Assembly (NCBI GenBank): GCA_025449535.1
Contig: JANWJF010000001.1
Coordinates: 613,136 to 677,135, forward strand
Source: Candidatus Saccharimonadia bacterium
Lineage (GTDB): Bacteria; Patescibacteriota; SICC01
Reading direction: 5' to 3'
Length of the DNA: 64,000 nt
The position numbers and the translations under genes were made by a program. Position 1 is the stretch's first letter; every line of letters begins with the position of its first letter. Of this stretch, positions 36,146 through 45,505 are shown in pieces. A model generated the notes under the pieces. The model was not told the origin of the DNA, searched no databases, and was given only the letters and a program-made list of their open reading frames with translations.

Positions 36146-37657
36146 ATGGCGAAAAAGTACTACATCACGACCGCGATCGATTACGTGAACGGCGCGCCTC
36201 ACATCGGTCACGCCGCGGAGAAGGTGCAGGCCGATGCGCTAGCGCGCTGGCGTCGGCTCCGAGGAGATGAGGTCTTCTTCCTGACCGGCACCGACGAGAA
36301 CACCATGAAGTTAATCAAGGCGGCGGACAAGGAGCGGCTCGAACCTCAAGAGCTGGCGGACAAGTACGCGGGTCAATTCCGGGCGATGTCCGACGGATTG
36401 GACGTCTCATACGACCGGTTCATCCGGACGTCGGACAAACGGGCCCATCATCCCGGCGCCCAGCGGGTATGGCAGCTGCTCGATAAGAACGGCTATATCT
36501 ATAAAGGGAAGTATGAAGGTCTGTACTGCCTCGAATGCGAGCAGTTCTATACCGAGAAGGAGGTCGTTGACGGGAAGTGCCCCGAGCATGGCATCCTGCT
36601 CGAGAAACGTTCGGAAGAGAACTATCTGTTCAAGCTCTCTGCGTTCACCGACCAGATCCGCGATTTGATCGTGAGCGGCAAACTGCAAATCGCTCCGGAA
36701 ACCCGCAAGAACGAGATTCTTTCGTTCTTGGACGAGGGCCTGAAGGACGTCAGTTTCTCACGCCCGGCGGACAAGCTGACGATGGGAGTACCGGTGCCGG
36801 GGGACGACTCGCAGCGCATGTACGTCTGGTGCGACGCGCTGACAAACTACATCACGGGAGTCGGATACGGTACCGACGAGACCGAGTTCAAGAAGTGGTG
36901 GCCGGCCGACTTGCACGTGATCGGCAAAGGCATCTTGCGATTCCATGCCGCAATCTGGCCGGCGATGTTGTTGGGTGCCGGTATTGAGGTCCCGCGAGGC
37001 GTCTTCGTGCACAGCTACTTCACGTTGGAAGGAAAGAAAATCAGCAAATCGAAGGGAAACGTCATCGCCCCGTCCGACCTGACCGATCGCCACGGCGTTG
37101 ACGCGATACGCTATTACTTGCTCCGAGCGTTGCCATATGTTGAGGACGGCGATTACTCCGAACGTCACTTCAAGGAAATTTACGACGCCGAGCTGGCGAA
37201 CGACCTCGGCAACCTGGCCAGTCGGGTGCTGACGTTGATCGAAAAAAAGTGCAGCGGGAAGGTGCCTGCTGGGAAAGCCGACCCAAAGCTCAAGGAGCAC
37301 GTCGGGCAGGCGCATCACGAAGTCGCGAACCTGTTGGATGCGCCGAAGTTCGCGGAGGCACTGGAACGTCTCAACGGAATTGTGTCGCTTGCCAACCGGT
37401 TCATCGAGGAGCATAAAGTCTATCAGCAAGAGGGTGACGATTTGAATGACTCGCTGTACACGCTGGCCCAGGTACTCGGCCATCTGGCGCTGCTGTATGG
37501 CCCGTTCATCCCCAAGGCCGCATCCGAATTGCAATCCCGACTCGAACTCAAGCCGGACGGCTGGGACATGGAATCATTACTGGAGTGGGAGAAGGTGTCT
37601 CCCAATACGCGGGTCACCAAGGGCGACCCGCTCTTCCCGAAGCAGCCGAGCGACTGA
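36146..37657 (+). CDS. metG: methionine--tRNA ligase (minimal form, no C-terminal tRNA-binding extension)
   Basis: 503 aa; HIGH (NGAPHIGHA) and KMSKS (KISKSKGN) motifs; anticodon-binding domain present; ends without EMAP/Trbp111-like domain. Confidence 0.9.
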   Translation: MAKKYYITTAIDYVNGAPHIGHAAEKVQADALARWRRLRGDEVFFLTGTDENTMKLIKAADKERLEPQELADKYAGQFRAMSDGLDVSYDRFIRTSDKRAHHPGAQRVWQLLDKNGYIYKGKYEGLYCLECEQFYTEKEVVDGKCPEHGILLEKRSEENYLFKLSAFTDQIRDLIVSGKLQIAPETRKNEILSFLDEGLKDVSFSRPADKLTMGVPVPGDDSQRMYVWCDALTNYITGVGYGTDETEFKKWWPADLHVIGKGILRFHAAIWPAMLLGAGIEVPRGVFVHSYFTLEGKKISKSKGNVIAPSDLTDRHGVDAIRYYLLRALPYVEDGDYSERHFKEIYDAELANDLGNLASRVLTLIEKKCSGKVPAGKADPKLKEHVGQAHHEVANLLDAPKFAEALERLNGIVSLANRFIEEHKVYQQEGDDLNDSLYTLAQVLGHLALLYGPFIPKAASELQSRLELKPDGWDMESLLEWEKVSPNTRVTKGDPLFPKQPSD

Positions 37658-37692
37658 TGGCCTAAGATAAGGCCGGTAAAAACAAAAACGAC

Positions 37693-38847
37693 ATGCTGCA
37701 TCATCTTCATCATCACTACCACGTTCCGCGGTTATCCGGCATGACCGAATTGTTCTGGGCGCACGGCATTCGTAGCCTGGGTCAGAGCCTGGTCGCGATC
37801 TTTATCCCGATCTACTTGTATCAAATCGGCTATCCGCTCACGGAAGTGTTCATATACATGGTCTGCATAGGCGTGTTCTGGCTGGCGCTGCTGTATCCGA
37901 TGATGCGCTTGATCAACCGGTTCGGAGCCACCCGGATGATGGCACTCAGCATGCTCTTCAATATCGCCCAATTCGCGCTCCTGTTGACCCTGCCGGACTT
38001 CGGCTGGCCGCTCTGGTTGATCGCGCTTACGCCGGCGCTCTACACGGCGATTTATTGGCCCGCGTTCCGGGGAAGTTTCGCCGCCAATCTGGCGCATCGC
38101 CGGACGGGACGGGTGGTCGGTGCCTGGAGCGCGGTCCAGACCCTGGCCGTTGGCATCGCGCCGGCGATCGGCGGTGTGGTTGCCACGGTGTACGGCATCA
38201 ACGCTCTCTATCTGATAGCGATCGCCATGTTCTTCGTCGCCGCGTGGCCGCTGCTGACCGGCCCGACGTTCGTCCGCCATCGTCCGTTCAAGATCACTTG
38301 GAGGAAACTCTGGCGGTACCGTGCCGACGGCGTCGCGAACCTGGCGGAAACCTACAACGACATCACGCTTTCGCAAACGTGGCCGTTGTTCGTCTTCTTT
38401 GTAATCCCCACGTATGCCGGCGTCGGCGCGCTGAGCTCCGTGATCGTCCTGACCTCGATCCTGGTATCGTTGTACGTCGGTCGTCGCGAGGAGGCCAAGG
38501 GCGTGCGCCACTACCTGCGCGAGGGAACGTTCATCAACGGTATCGGCCAGGGACTCAAACTGATCGTGGCGAACGTCGGTCATATCTTCACCGTCAACTT
38601 CGTCTCCGGCGTCGGGTACTCGCTGTACCTGACCTCGTACAACACGCGGTACTACGAGAAGATCGAGCATAACGGATTGCCGTATCTGTTCCTGATGCAA
38701 ATTGTGAGCGCGCTGGCGTGGATCGTCGCGTTCGGTGGTCTGCTCCTGCTGACCCTGGCGCTGCCCGACCTGCCGCCGCGCACCGTCCTGCTGGTCGGCA
38801 TTTTGGCAGCGGTCCCGATGAGCTTCCTGATCAGGAAAATCCACTGA
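37693..38847 (+). CDS. MFS-type permease-like membrane protein, His-rich N-terminus (tandem paralog 1)
   Basis: 384 aa; N-terminal MLHHLHHHYH; ~12 TM; paralogous to 38847..40001, 40005..41153 and 3836..4987. Confidence 0.6.
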   Translation: MLHHLHHHYHVPRLSGMTELFWAHGIRSLGQSLVAIFIPIYLYQIGYPLTEVFIYMVCIGVFWLALLYPMMRLINRFGATRMMALSMLFNIAQFALLLTLPDFGWPLWLIALTPALYTAIYWPAFRGSFAANLAHRRTGRVVGAWSAVQTLAVGIAPAIGGVVATVYGINALYLIAIAMFFVAAWPLLTGPTFVRHRPFKITWRKLWRYRADGVANLAETYNDITLSQTWPLFVFFVIPTYAGVGALSSVIVLTSILVSLYVGRREEAKGVRHYLREGTFINGIGQGLKLIVANVGHIFTVNFVSGVGYSLYLTSYNTRYYEKIEHNGLPYLFLMQIVSALAWIVAFGGLLLLTLALPDLPPRTVLLVGILAAVPMSFLIRKIH

Positions 38848-40001
38848 TGTCGATCCGACTCGCCCATCACGCGCACTACCACCACCTCCGCATGAACGAG
38901 ATGGGTCGGGTGGTGTGGGCGCACTTCGTCAGCACCTTCGGGATGTCATTGGTCTCGGTCTTCGTGCCGATCTTCCTCCTGAAGTCCGGGTATACGTTCT
39001 CGGACGTGATGTTGTATCTGGCGGCCTTGGGACTGTTCTCCCTGCCGCTACAACTCGTGGCTGCCAAGCTGGTCGTCCGTATCCGGGCCAACCACGCCAT
39101 GGCGCTCGGTATCGCGGGCAAAGCCGTCTTTCTGATCCTCTTGATGACCCTTGGCAGCGAGTCTTGGCCGCTTTGGCTAATCGCGATGTTTTGGGCGGTC
39201 TGGCGGGCTTTCTACTGGGTCGCGTTCCACATCAACTTCTCGAAGACGCGTAGCCGGAAGCGCGAAGGCAAGCAGGTCGGCGGCGCCGCAGCGCTGAAGA
39301 CCCTGGCGGGCGGGTTGGCTCCGGCCATCGGCGGTATCGTCGCGACCTCGTACGGCATCGACATCGCCTACGGCTTGGCCGCCGGACTGTTGGTGGTGGC
39401 GCTGGTACCGCTACTACACGGCCAGGAGGTCAGCGTCCGGCGGCCGGTGCAGTTGCGGCTGCTGCATTTCCGAAAGGTCTGGCGGGACCTGTTCGCCAAT
39501 GTATCGAACGGCATCACCACCAGCAGCGAGATCATCATGTGGCCGATCCTGGTCTCGTTCCTGATTCCTTCTTACGCAGGGATCGGCATCCTCAGTTCGG
39601 TCGTGGTCCTGAGTTCGATTGCGGTGTCGTTGTACGTGGGGCGCCGGGAAGGAAAACGTGGCAAACATCGCTACATCCGCGAAGGCGTCTTCGTCACGAC
39701 GATCAGCGACGTGTTCCGCCTGCTGGCCCAGAACGCCACCCATGTGTTCGGCATCAATCTGTTCGGCGGCATCGGGAACTCCCTGTACTACACACCGTTC
39801 GTCACCAAGTACTACGACCATGCCGACGAAGAACCGCGGCTCGAATACCTCACCGCCATGGAGATGGCGCACGAGGTCGCCTGGAGCCTGTTCTTCCTGC
39901 TGGCGTTCGCGCTCTCGTTCTTCCTCTCACCTGCGACGGTCCTGTTGGTCTGTATCGCGATCGCGACGCCATTCAACTTCGGGATCCGGGCGATCCGATA
40001 A
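38847..40001 (+). CDS. MFS-type permease-like membrane protein, His-rich N-terminus (tandem paralog 2)
   Basis: ATG overlaps upstream stop (TGATG); N-terminal …RLAHHAHYHHL…; ORF-track N-extension from 38718 judged spurious. Confidence 0.6.
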   Translation: MSIRLAHHAHYHHLRMNEMGRVVWAHFVSTFGMSLVSVFVPIFLLKSGYTFSDVMLYLAALGLFSLPLQLVAAKLVVRIRANHAMALGIAGKAVFLILLMTLGSESWPLWLIAMFWAVWRAFYWVAFHINFSKTRSRKREGKQVGGAAALKTLAGGLAPAIGGIVATSYGIDIAYGLAAGLLVVALVPLLHGQEVSVRRPVQLRLLHFRKVWRDLFANVSNGITTSSEIIMWPILVSFLIPSYAGIGILSSVVVLSSIAVSLYVGRREGKRGKHRYIREGVFVTTISDVFRLLAQNATHVFGINLFGGIGNSLYYTPFVTKYYDHADEEPRLEYLTAMEMAHEVAWSLFFLLAFALSFFLSPATVLLVCIAIATPFNFGIRAIR

Positions 40002-40004
40002 ACC

Positions 40005-41153
40005 ATGTGGCATTTCCTCCATCACCCGCTCCATTACACTCCGCATGCGCGAGAACTCCGTCATCTGTTTTGGTCGGATGGAATCGCGTCAATCGGCGTG
40101 GCCTTGGTCCAACTGCTGGTGCCGGCGTATCTATTGACGCTGGGGTACTCCCTGCCCGAGGTCTGTCTATTCTTCGTGATTATGTACGGCGGGATGATTC
40201 CCATGAGTTACGTGACCGCACGGTTGCTTGAGCGGGTTTCACCGAACGTACTGATGGGTGTCGGCGGTCTCTTGGCGATTTTCTCCTACGTCACACTGTT
40301 GCTTTTGTCTGTAACTGATTTGCCACTTTGGCTGCCCGCCGCCATACGAGCCGTGGATAAGGGATTGTATTATGTCCCGTTTCATTTGAGCTTTTCGAAA
40401 TCCCGGAAACGAAGCAAGGGTGATAGCCAGGTCGGCTTAATGAAGACGCTGAATATTTTAGCGTACGGAGTCACCCCGGCTATCGGGGGAATCGTGGCGT
40501 CATTGTTTGGCATTGCATGGGTATACGGGATCGCGGCCGGGATGTTCCTTGTGGCGGCAATCATCATTATCAATGGGCCGGATGTTGCCAAGCATCGGCG
40601 ACTGAACCCGCGGCTGCTTTCCCGGCGGGTCATCAGGGACGTGGTTGCCAACGGAATGGGCAGCAGCCTCGAAGCCGTCAGTACAGTGGTCTGGCCCTTG
40701 ATCATCTTCCTTTTGGTTGATTCGTACGCCGGCGTGGGCATCCTTAGTTCAGTAATTGTACTGACATCGGCCGCGACCGCGTTCTGGATCGGCCGTCGCG
40801 CCGACCGGCACGGCGAGCGACAGTATTTACGACGCGGTTCGTGGCTAGCTTCCGTGACTAATGGGCTGCGCCTGCTCGCGGCAAGTACAACGCACGTTTT
40901 CGGTATAAACTTGCTTGGCGGAATTAGCGGTGCGTTGCTCAGTACAACGTTCGTGTCCCGGTATTACAAGCATGCCGACCGGGAACCTAGGCTTGAATAT
41001 ATCTGGGCCATGGAAACTGGTCATGTCGTCGGCTGGACGGTATCCATGACGATCCTATTCGTACTGGCCTTAACACTGCCGATGAAGGAAGCATTGACGG
41101 CGTTCCTGCTTCTGGCGGTTCCGCTCGGTTTCGGCATACGGTTGATACGATGA
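40005..41153 (+). CDS. MFS-type permease-like membrane protein, His-rich N-terminus (tandem paralog 3)
   Basis: 382 aa; N-terminal MWHFLHHPLHY; same conserved blocks (GRRADRHGERQY…YYKHADREPRLEY); noticeably lower G+C than paralogs 1-2. Confidence 0.6.
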   Translation: MWHFLHHPLHYTPHARELRHLFWSDGIASIGVALVQLLVPAYLLTLGYSLPEVCLFFVIMYGGMIPMSYVTARLLERVSPNVLMGVGGLLAIFSYVTLLLLSVTDLPLWLPAAIRAVDKGLYYVPFHLSFSKSRKRSKGDSQVGLMKTLNILAYGVTPAIGGIVASLFGIAWVYGIAAGMFLVAAIIIINGPDVAKHRRLNPRLLSRRVIRDVVANGMGSSLEAVSTVVWPLIIFLLVDSYAGVGILSSVIVLTSAATAFWIGRRADRHGERQYLRRGSWLASVTNGLRLLAASTTHVFGINLLGGISGALLSTTFVSRYYKHADREPRLEYIWAMETGHVVGWTVSMTILFVLALTLPMKEALTAFLLLAVPLGFGIRLIR

Positions 41154-41157
41154 TGCC

Positions 41158-41931
41158 ATGAGCAATCTTTCGCTTGTCGACACCCATGTCCACCTGGACT
41201 TCGACCAGTTCGCGGCGGACCGCGACGAGGTACTGGCACGTGCGGCGGATGCCGGCGTCACCCGGCTGATCAACGTCGGGACGAGCCTGGCGGCCAGCGA
41301 GCAGTGCGTCCGGCTGGCAGAGGAGCATCCGTCCGTATGGGCCGTGGTCGGGGTGCATCCGGCGGACGCTGGCGACGTGGACGGACCCGCACTCGACCGC
41401 TTGAAGGAACTGGCGGCCCACCCCCGCGTCGTCGCGGTCGGCGAGATCGGCTTCGATTACTTCCGGGATACGAACCCGCCGGCCGACCGTCAGCACGAGG
41501 CGTTCGCCGCCCAGCGGGAGATCGCCCGGAGCACGGACCTGCCGATCATCGTCCATCTGCGCGAACCGGACCCGGCGGCGCTGGCGGCCTTGCTGGAGCC
41601 GCCGGTCCGTGGCGTCGTCCATTGCTACACCGGGAACCTCGTGGACGCGGAACGGCTGCTCGCGGCCGGCTATCTCATCTCGTTCACCGCACCGGTCACG
41701 TACCCGAAGAACGACGCGCTGCGAGAGGTCGTGAAGGCGGTGCCGCTCGACCGGATCATGGTCGAGACGGACTGTCCGTTCCTGCCGCCGCCGGACAAAC
41801 GGGGCGAACGGAACGAGCCCGCCTACGTGGTGGAGACCGCGAAGAAAATAGCTGAGATAAAGGGAATTTCGCTTGACGAGGTGGCGCGTGCGACGACCGT
41901 GAACGCGGAACGCCTGTTCGGGTTGGATTAG
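41158..41931 (+). CDS. tatD: TatD family metal-dependent DNase/hydrolase
   Basis: 257 aa; LVDTHVHLDF N-terminus, conserved His/Glu/Asp pattern of TatD. Confidence 0.85.
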   Translation: MSNLSLVDTHVHLDFDQFAADRDEVLARAADAGVTRLINVGTSLAASEQCVRLAEEHPSVWAVVGVHPADAGDVDGPALDRLKELAAHPRVVAVGEIGFDYFRDTNPPADRQHEAFAAQREIARSTDLPIIVHLREPDPAALAALLEPPVRGVVHCYTGNLVDAERLLAAGYLISFTAPVTYPKNDALREVVKAVPLDRIMVETDCPFLPPPDKRGERNEPAYVVETAKKIAEIKGISLDEVARATTVNAERLFGLD

Positions 41932-41950
41932 CCGGCCGTACGGCGGTAGG

Positions 41951-43174
41951 ATGAGTCTGCAAATGGCCGTAAACCAAAAGAAATACCGGATACCCCTGGC
42001 GGTACTCGCGCTCGTGTTGGGAGCGACGTTGGTCGTGCCGCGGTTCGCGTCCGCCGACCCGTTGGACGAGTTCACCAAGATCGAGCAGCGGCTCAACGAG
42101 AAGGCCGGCCAGGTGGATACGCTCCGGGACGAAGTGGACCTGCTCGATGAGCGGGCCGACGCGAAGCTGGAGGTCCTGGCGGAACTGCGCGCCCGGATCG
42201 CGAAGCTTCATGCCGAGCTGGGCGATACCGTCGGCCGGCTGGACGGCCTGCTGGCCGAGGAACGGTCCGTCCGCGGATCCCTGGGCGAGGTGGTCCGGGT
42301 CGATTACGTCGAAGGCTCGCCGGGCGCTTGGGAGGTGCTGGCAGGGGCCGGCGGCCTGTCCGACGCGCTGGACCAGCAGACTGCCAACGGCTCCCTGGGC
42401 GATTACGCCCGCAGCCTGGCGGACGAACTCGGTGAGATGCAGGAGGACATCGATCGCGACCGGAAGAGCCTGGTCTCGCGCAAGCGCAACGTGGAACAGC
42501 TCGAGGCCGAAGCCGCCCGCCAACTCGCGGAACTGGACGCGGTCCGCGACGTGAAGCGCCAGTTGCTCGCCTCCACCCAGGGCCAGGAGGACGCCTACCA
42601 ACGGCGGTACGACGCGGCCCGGGCGCAGTTGATCAAGATGGGCGTCTTCGGCAAGAGCGGCTGCTCGCGCGTCGGGTCCCGGGTCTGGCCGGATCGCGAC
42701 GGGTACTTCAACCAGTGCGACCCGCGCTGGGCGGACGCCAAGCTGGGGTACTCCGACAGCTCGACCCTGGGCGACTTCGGCTGCGGCGTGGCCTCGCTGG
42801 CGATGGTCTACAAGCTTTACGGCAACGTCGGACATACCACGCCGCTACAGATGAACCGGGAGCTTCGGAACGTGGCCGCGTTCCAGGACGATCTGCTTTG
42901 GTGGAACCGGGTGGGCGGGGCATATGGGAACCGCCTCGACGTGACCGTCCACAACGGCGGGACGGACTGGGGCGCGATCGATGGGAACTTGGCGGCCGGC
43001 CGGCCGGTGATCGTCTGGGTGGACCGCGGGCCGATCAACCATTACGTGGTCCTGCTGCGCCGGGACGGCGGCGATTACCGGATGCACGACCCGATCGAAG
43101 GGCCCAACCTGCGCTTCTCCGACCACTACTCGACGGGCGCCGTCCAGCAGTACGTCACGTTCCGTTCCGTCTAG
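41951..43174 (+). CDS. secreted coiled-coil protein with C-terminal C39-like cysteine peptidase domain (second PcsB-like architecture)
   Basis: Signal peptide; extended coiled-coil (LDEFTKIEQRLNEKAGQVDTLRDEVDLLDERADAKLEVLAELRARIAKLHAEL…); C-terminal …QCDPRW…GDFGCGVASLAMVYKLYG…H… resembling Peptidase_C39_2. Confidence 0.55.
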   Translation: MSLQMAVNQKKYRIPLAVLALVLGATLVVPRFASADPLDEFTKIEQRLNEKAGQVDTLRDEVDLLDERADAKLEVLAELRARIAKLHAELGDTVGRLDGLLAEERSVRGSLGEVVRVDYVEGSPGAWEVLAGAGGLSDALDQQTANGSLGDYARSLADELGEMQEDIDRDRKSLVSRKRNVEQLEAEAARQLAELDAVRDVKRQLLASTQGQEDAYQRRYDAARAQLIKMGVFGKSGCSRVGSRVWPDRDGYFNQCDPRWADAKLGYSDSSTLGDFGCGVASLAMVYKLYGNVGHTTPLQMNRELRNVAAFQDDLLWWNRVGGAYGNRLDVTVHNGGTDWGAIDGNLAAGRPVIVWVDRGPINHYVVLLRRDGGDYRMHDPIEGPNLRFSDHYSTGAVQQYVTFRSV

Positions 43175-43183
43175 CCCGAACGT

Positions 43184-44866
43184 TTAGTACATCGGCCAGG
43201 GCAGCACGAACAGCTGGGCGAAGTCGGCATCGTGTCCGGCCGTCGTGACCGACCAGAAACCGTTACCCAGTCCGAATATCGTGCGCAGGAAACTGTCCGC
43301 TTCCTGTTTGACCACGGTGCCCGTGTGCTTGAGCTGGATGGTCTGCCCCGGGGCTACGTCGACCGGCGAAGAGAGTGTACCTTTGACGATACCGCTCCCC
43401 AAGCTCGCGGTCTTCGCCTGCTTGCCGGTAGACAGGTTAGTCACGGTAACTTCGCCGAGATTGGCGCCGACCGGGGCATACCCGCCGGCTTCCGTCAGCG
43501 TCACGGCTCGATGGGCGTTCGTGACTGTCACGGTGAAGTTGCCGGTCGCGGTATACGCGTAGTAGGGCTGGTTGGAATACGTCGTGCCCCCCGAGACCGC
43601 CTGCCAGCCGTACCAGGGGAGCCGGGTTCCATCATCGGACGTGGCTGACCCGCCGTACGCGCCGGACGTGGGACCCTCACCAACGCGGCGGCCCCAGACC
43701 CAATTCTGTCCACCGTCCTGGGACCAGGCGACCGCTTCCCGCGGGTCCAGTCCGGCGATGGCACCCGGGGCGGCCGGATCCAGGTTGTTCCGGCCGTTCG
43801 GGCCGGAGACCGACTCCCGCACCGTCGGCGAGTTGGTGGAGACGAAGTTGTTGGCCGGATCGCTCGCATCGTTTTGGTAAACCATCGCGTACATGGTGCC
43901 GCCCTTGAGTTGGACCCCATTCAGGTTGAAGTAGAGCATCTGGGTCAGCCCACTGATCCCGTACGCCGTCTTCGACTGGTTATACCGGTCGACGGCCTTG
44001 ACCCGCTCCTGCGCGAGGACGTTGTTCAGGTTCGGCGTACCGTTCGCGTTGACGGTCACCAGGCGGGCGTTGACGTATCCCCCGTCTCCCTTGCCGTATC
44101 CGGTCCGGCAGCACACACCGGCACCCTCGACGTTGAAACCGGAAAGGAACCGGTGGACGGTCGTGTCCTGCGGCAGCACGAACCTCAGGGCGTATACGTA
44201 GTTACGGCTGTTCAGTACCTGGTTGTTGACGTTATACATTCCGATTGGAATGTTTGGCTTGCGCGTACTAGTCCCGGGAGTGGCTGGGGCGAACGGGGTC
44301 GGAGTAGGGGATGGAGAAGCCTTGGGTGTCGCGCTCGGGGTCGGGGACGAGGCGGTGGTGCCCAGGAATTCTATCTTGTCTAAAATGAGATTCCGGTCGC
44401 AGCTGGAGGTGTAGCGGTCGTTGATGAATGCGATCCGCACCGTATGGTTGCCGGCCGGGACGTTCACCGTGGTATCCGTCGTGACATAGCTGGTTGTTTT
44501 CACCGCCACGTTGCGGATCTTCTTGTTATCGAGGTATATGTCCGCCGATGGGCCGCTGCCGCAAAGTTCACCCCGGAGGCGGACGCTCACTATCTGCAGC
44601 TGGCCGGGCACGTTTAGGGTCTGGGTAGCGCTGTAGTTGCCGCGGATCTTCAAGGCTTTCCCGCTGCTGGCATTACTGTCCGAAATGACTTCCGAATGCG
44701 CCGGATCGAAGCTCGTGGCCTCTCCTTCGACAAGGGCCAATCTACTTCCGGCAGCGAACGTACTAATAGCGGTAATCAGGGCCGTGGCGCAGACTAGGGC
44801 CGCCAAGACCTTCCAATGGCGCCGTACGAAAACGTTAGTCCGGGACAATATGCTTGAGTGACTCAT
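43184..44866 (-). CDS. secreted hypothetical protein with N-terminal carbohydrate-binding-like domain and Pro/Thr/Ser linker
   Basis: 560 aa; signal/TM anchor; N-domain with CBM-like pattern (…GELCGSGPSADIYLDNKKI…TVRIAFINDRYTSSCDRNLILDKIEF); linker SSPTPSATPKASPSPTPTPFAPATPGTS; large Asn/Gly/Thr-rich C-domain. Confidence 0.4.
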   Translation of the reverse strand: MSHSSILSRTNVFVRRHWKVLAALVCATALITAISTFAAGSRLALVEGEATSFDPAHSEVISDSNASSGKALKIRGNYSATQTLNVPGQLQIVSVRLRGELCGSGPSADIYLDNKKIRNVAVKTTSYVTTDTTVNVPAGNHTVRIAFINDRYTSSCDRNLILDKIEFLGTTASSPTPSATPKASPSPTPTPFAPATPGTSTRKPNIPIGMYNVNNQVLNSRNYVYALRFVLPQDTTVHRFLSGFNVEGAGVCCRTGYGKGDGGYVNARLVTVNANGTPNLNNVLAQERVKAVDRYNQSKTAYGISGLTQMLYFNLNGVQLKGGTMYAMVYQNDASDPANNFVSTNSPTVRESVSGPNGRNNLDPAAPGAIAGLDPREAVAWSQDGGQNWVWGRRVGEGPTSGAYGGSATSDDGTRLPWYGWQAVSGGTTYSNQPYYAYTATGNFTVTVTNAHRAVTLTEAGGYAPVGANLGEVTVTNLSTGKQAKTASLGSGIVKGTLSSPVDVAPGQTIQLKHTGTVVKQEADSFLRTIFGLGNGFWSVTTAGHDADFAQLFVLPWPMY

Positions 44867-44982
44867 ATGTTTTGTTTTAGTGGGCCCCTATATGCGTAGA
44901 CTAGCTGATACTTTACGGAGTGCAAACTTTTGTAGGAACGTCCATACCCTTGGTTGGAAAACGGGAGTAAATTCCTCGCACC

Positions 44983-45465
44983 ATGCTGGTCCGGGACATC
45001 ATGACGACGAAGGTGGTTACGGTCGGTCTCGACACGCCGGTCGAGGAAGTAGCCCGCTTGATTGCCGAGAAGAAGATCAGCGGCGTGTTCGTCACGAAGG
45101 GTGGGCACCCGGTAGGACAGATCTCGCACGCGGACCTGCTGAGGCATACGCACCCCACGCCTGCCGAGCTGTATGAGGATTACGTCCATAACGGCGATTA
45201 CGAGGAGATCGAGCACCGCATCGCCGACTTGGTCGGCATGCCGACGGAACAGGTGATGCGGCCGGGTGCGATGATGATCTCGCCGGATACGCCGGTGATG
45301 AAGGTCTCCGCGATGATGCTGGTCCGGGACGTCCACCGGGCGGCGGTCGTCGACGACACCGGCCTGTGCGGCGTAGTCTCGCGCGGTGACGTCTTCTATC
45401 ACCTGATCCGGGCCGAAGTGCTCAAGAAGCGTCGGGCGGGCACGCGCGGCAAGACCGCGGCCTGA
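44983..45465 (+). CDS. CBS domain pair protein
   Basis: Two CBS motifs (VRDIMTTKVVTVGLDTPV…; …VMRPGAMMISPDTPV…AAVVDDTG). Confidence 0.75.
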   Translation: MLVRDIMTTKVVTVGLDTPVEEVARLIAEKKISGVFVTKGGHPVGQISHADLLRHTHPTPAELYEDYVHNGDYEEIEHRIADLVGMPTEQVMRPGAMMISPDTPVMKVSAMMLVRDVHRAAVVDDTGLCGVVSRGDVFYHLIRAEVLKKRRAGTRGKTAA

Positions 45466-45505
45466 CGGGTGACGAAAACCCGTTCCGACGCGCTAGAATG
45501 CGGGT

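Noticed and set aside
38718-38846. N-terminal extension of permease paralog 2 (ORF track start 38718)
   Set aside because: The extension overlaps the end of paralog 1 in another frame. ATG at 38847 forms a TGATG junction and yields an N-terminus homologous to the other paralogs.
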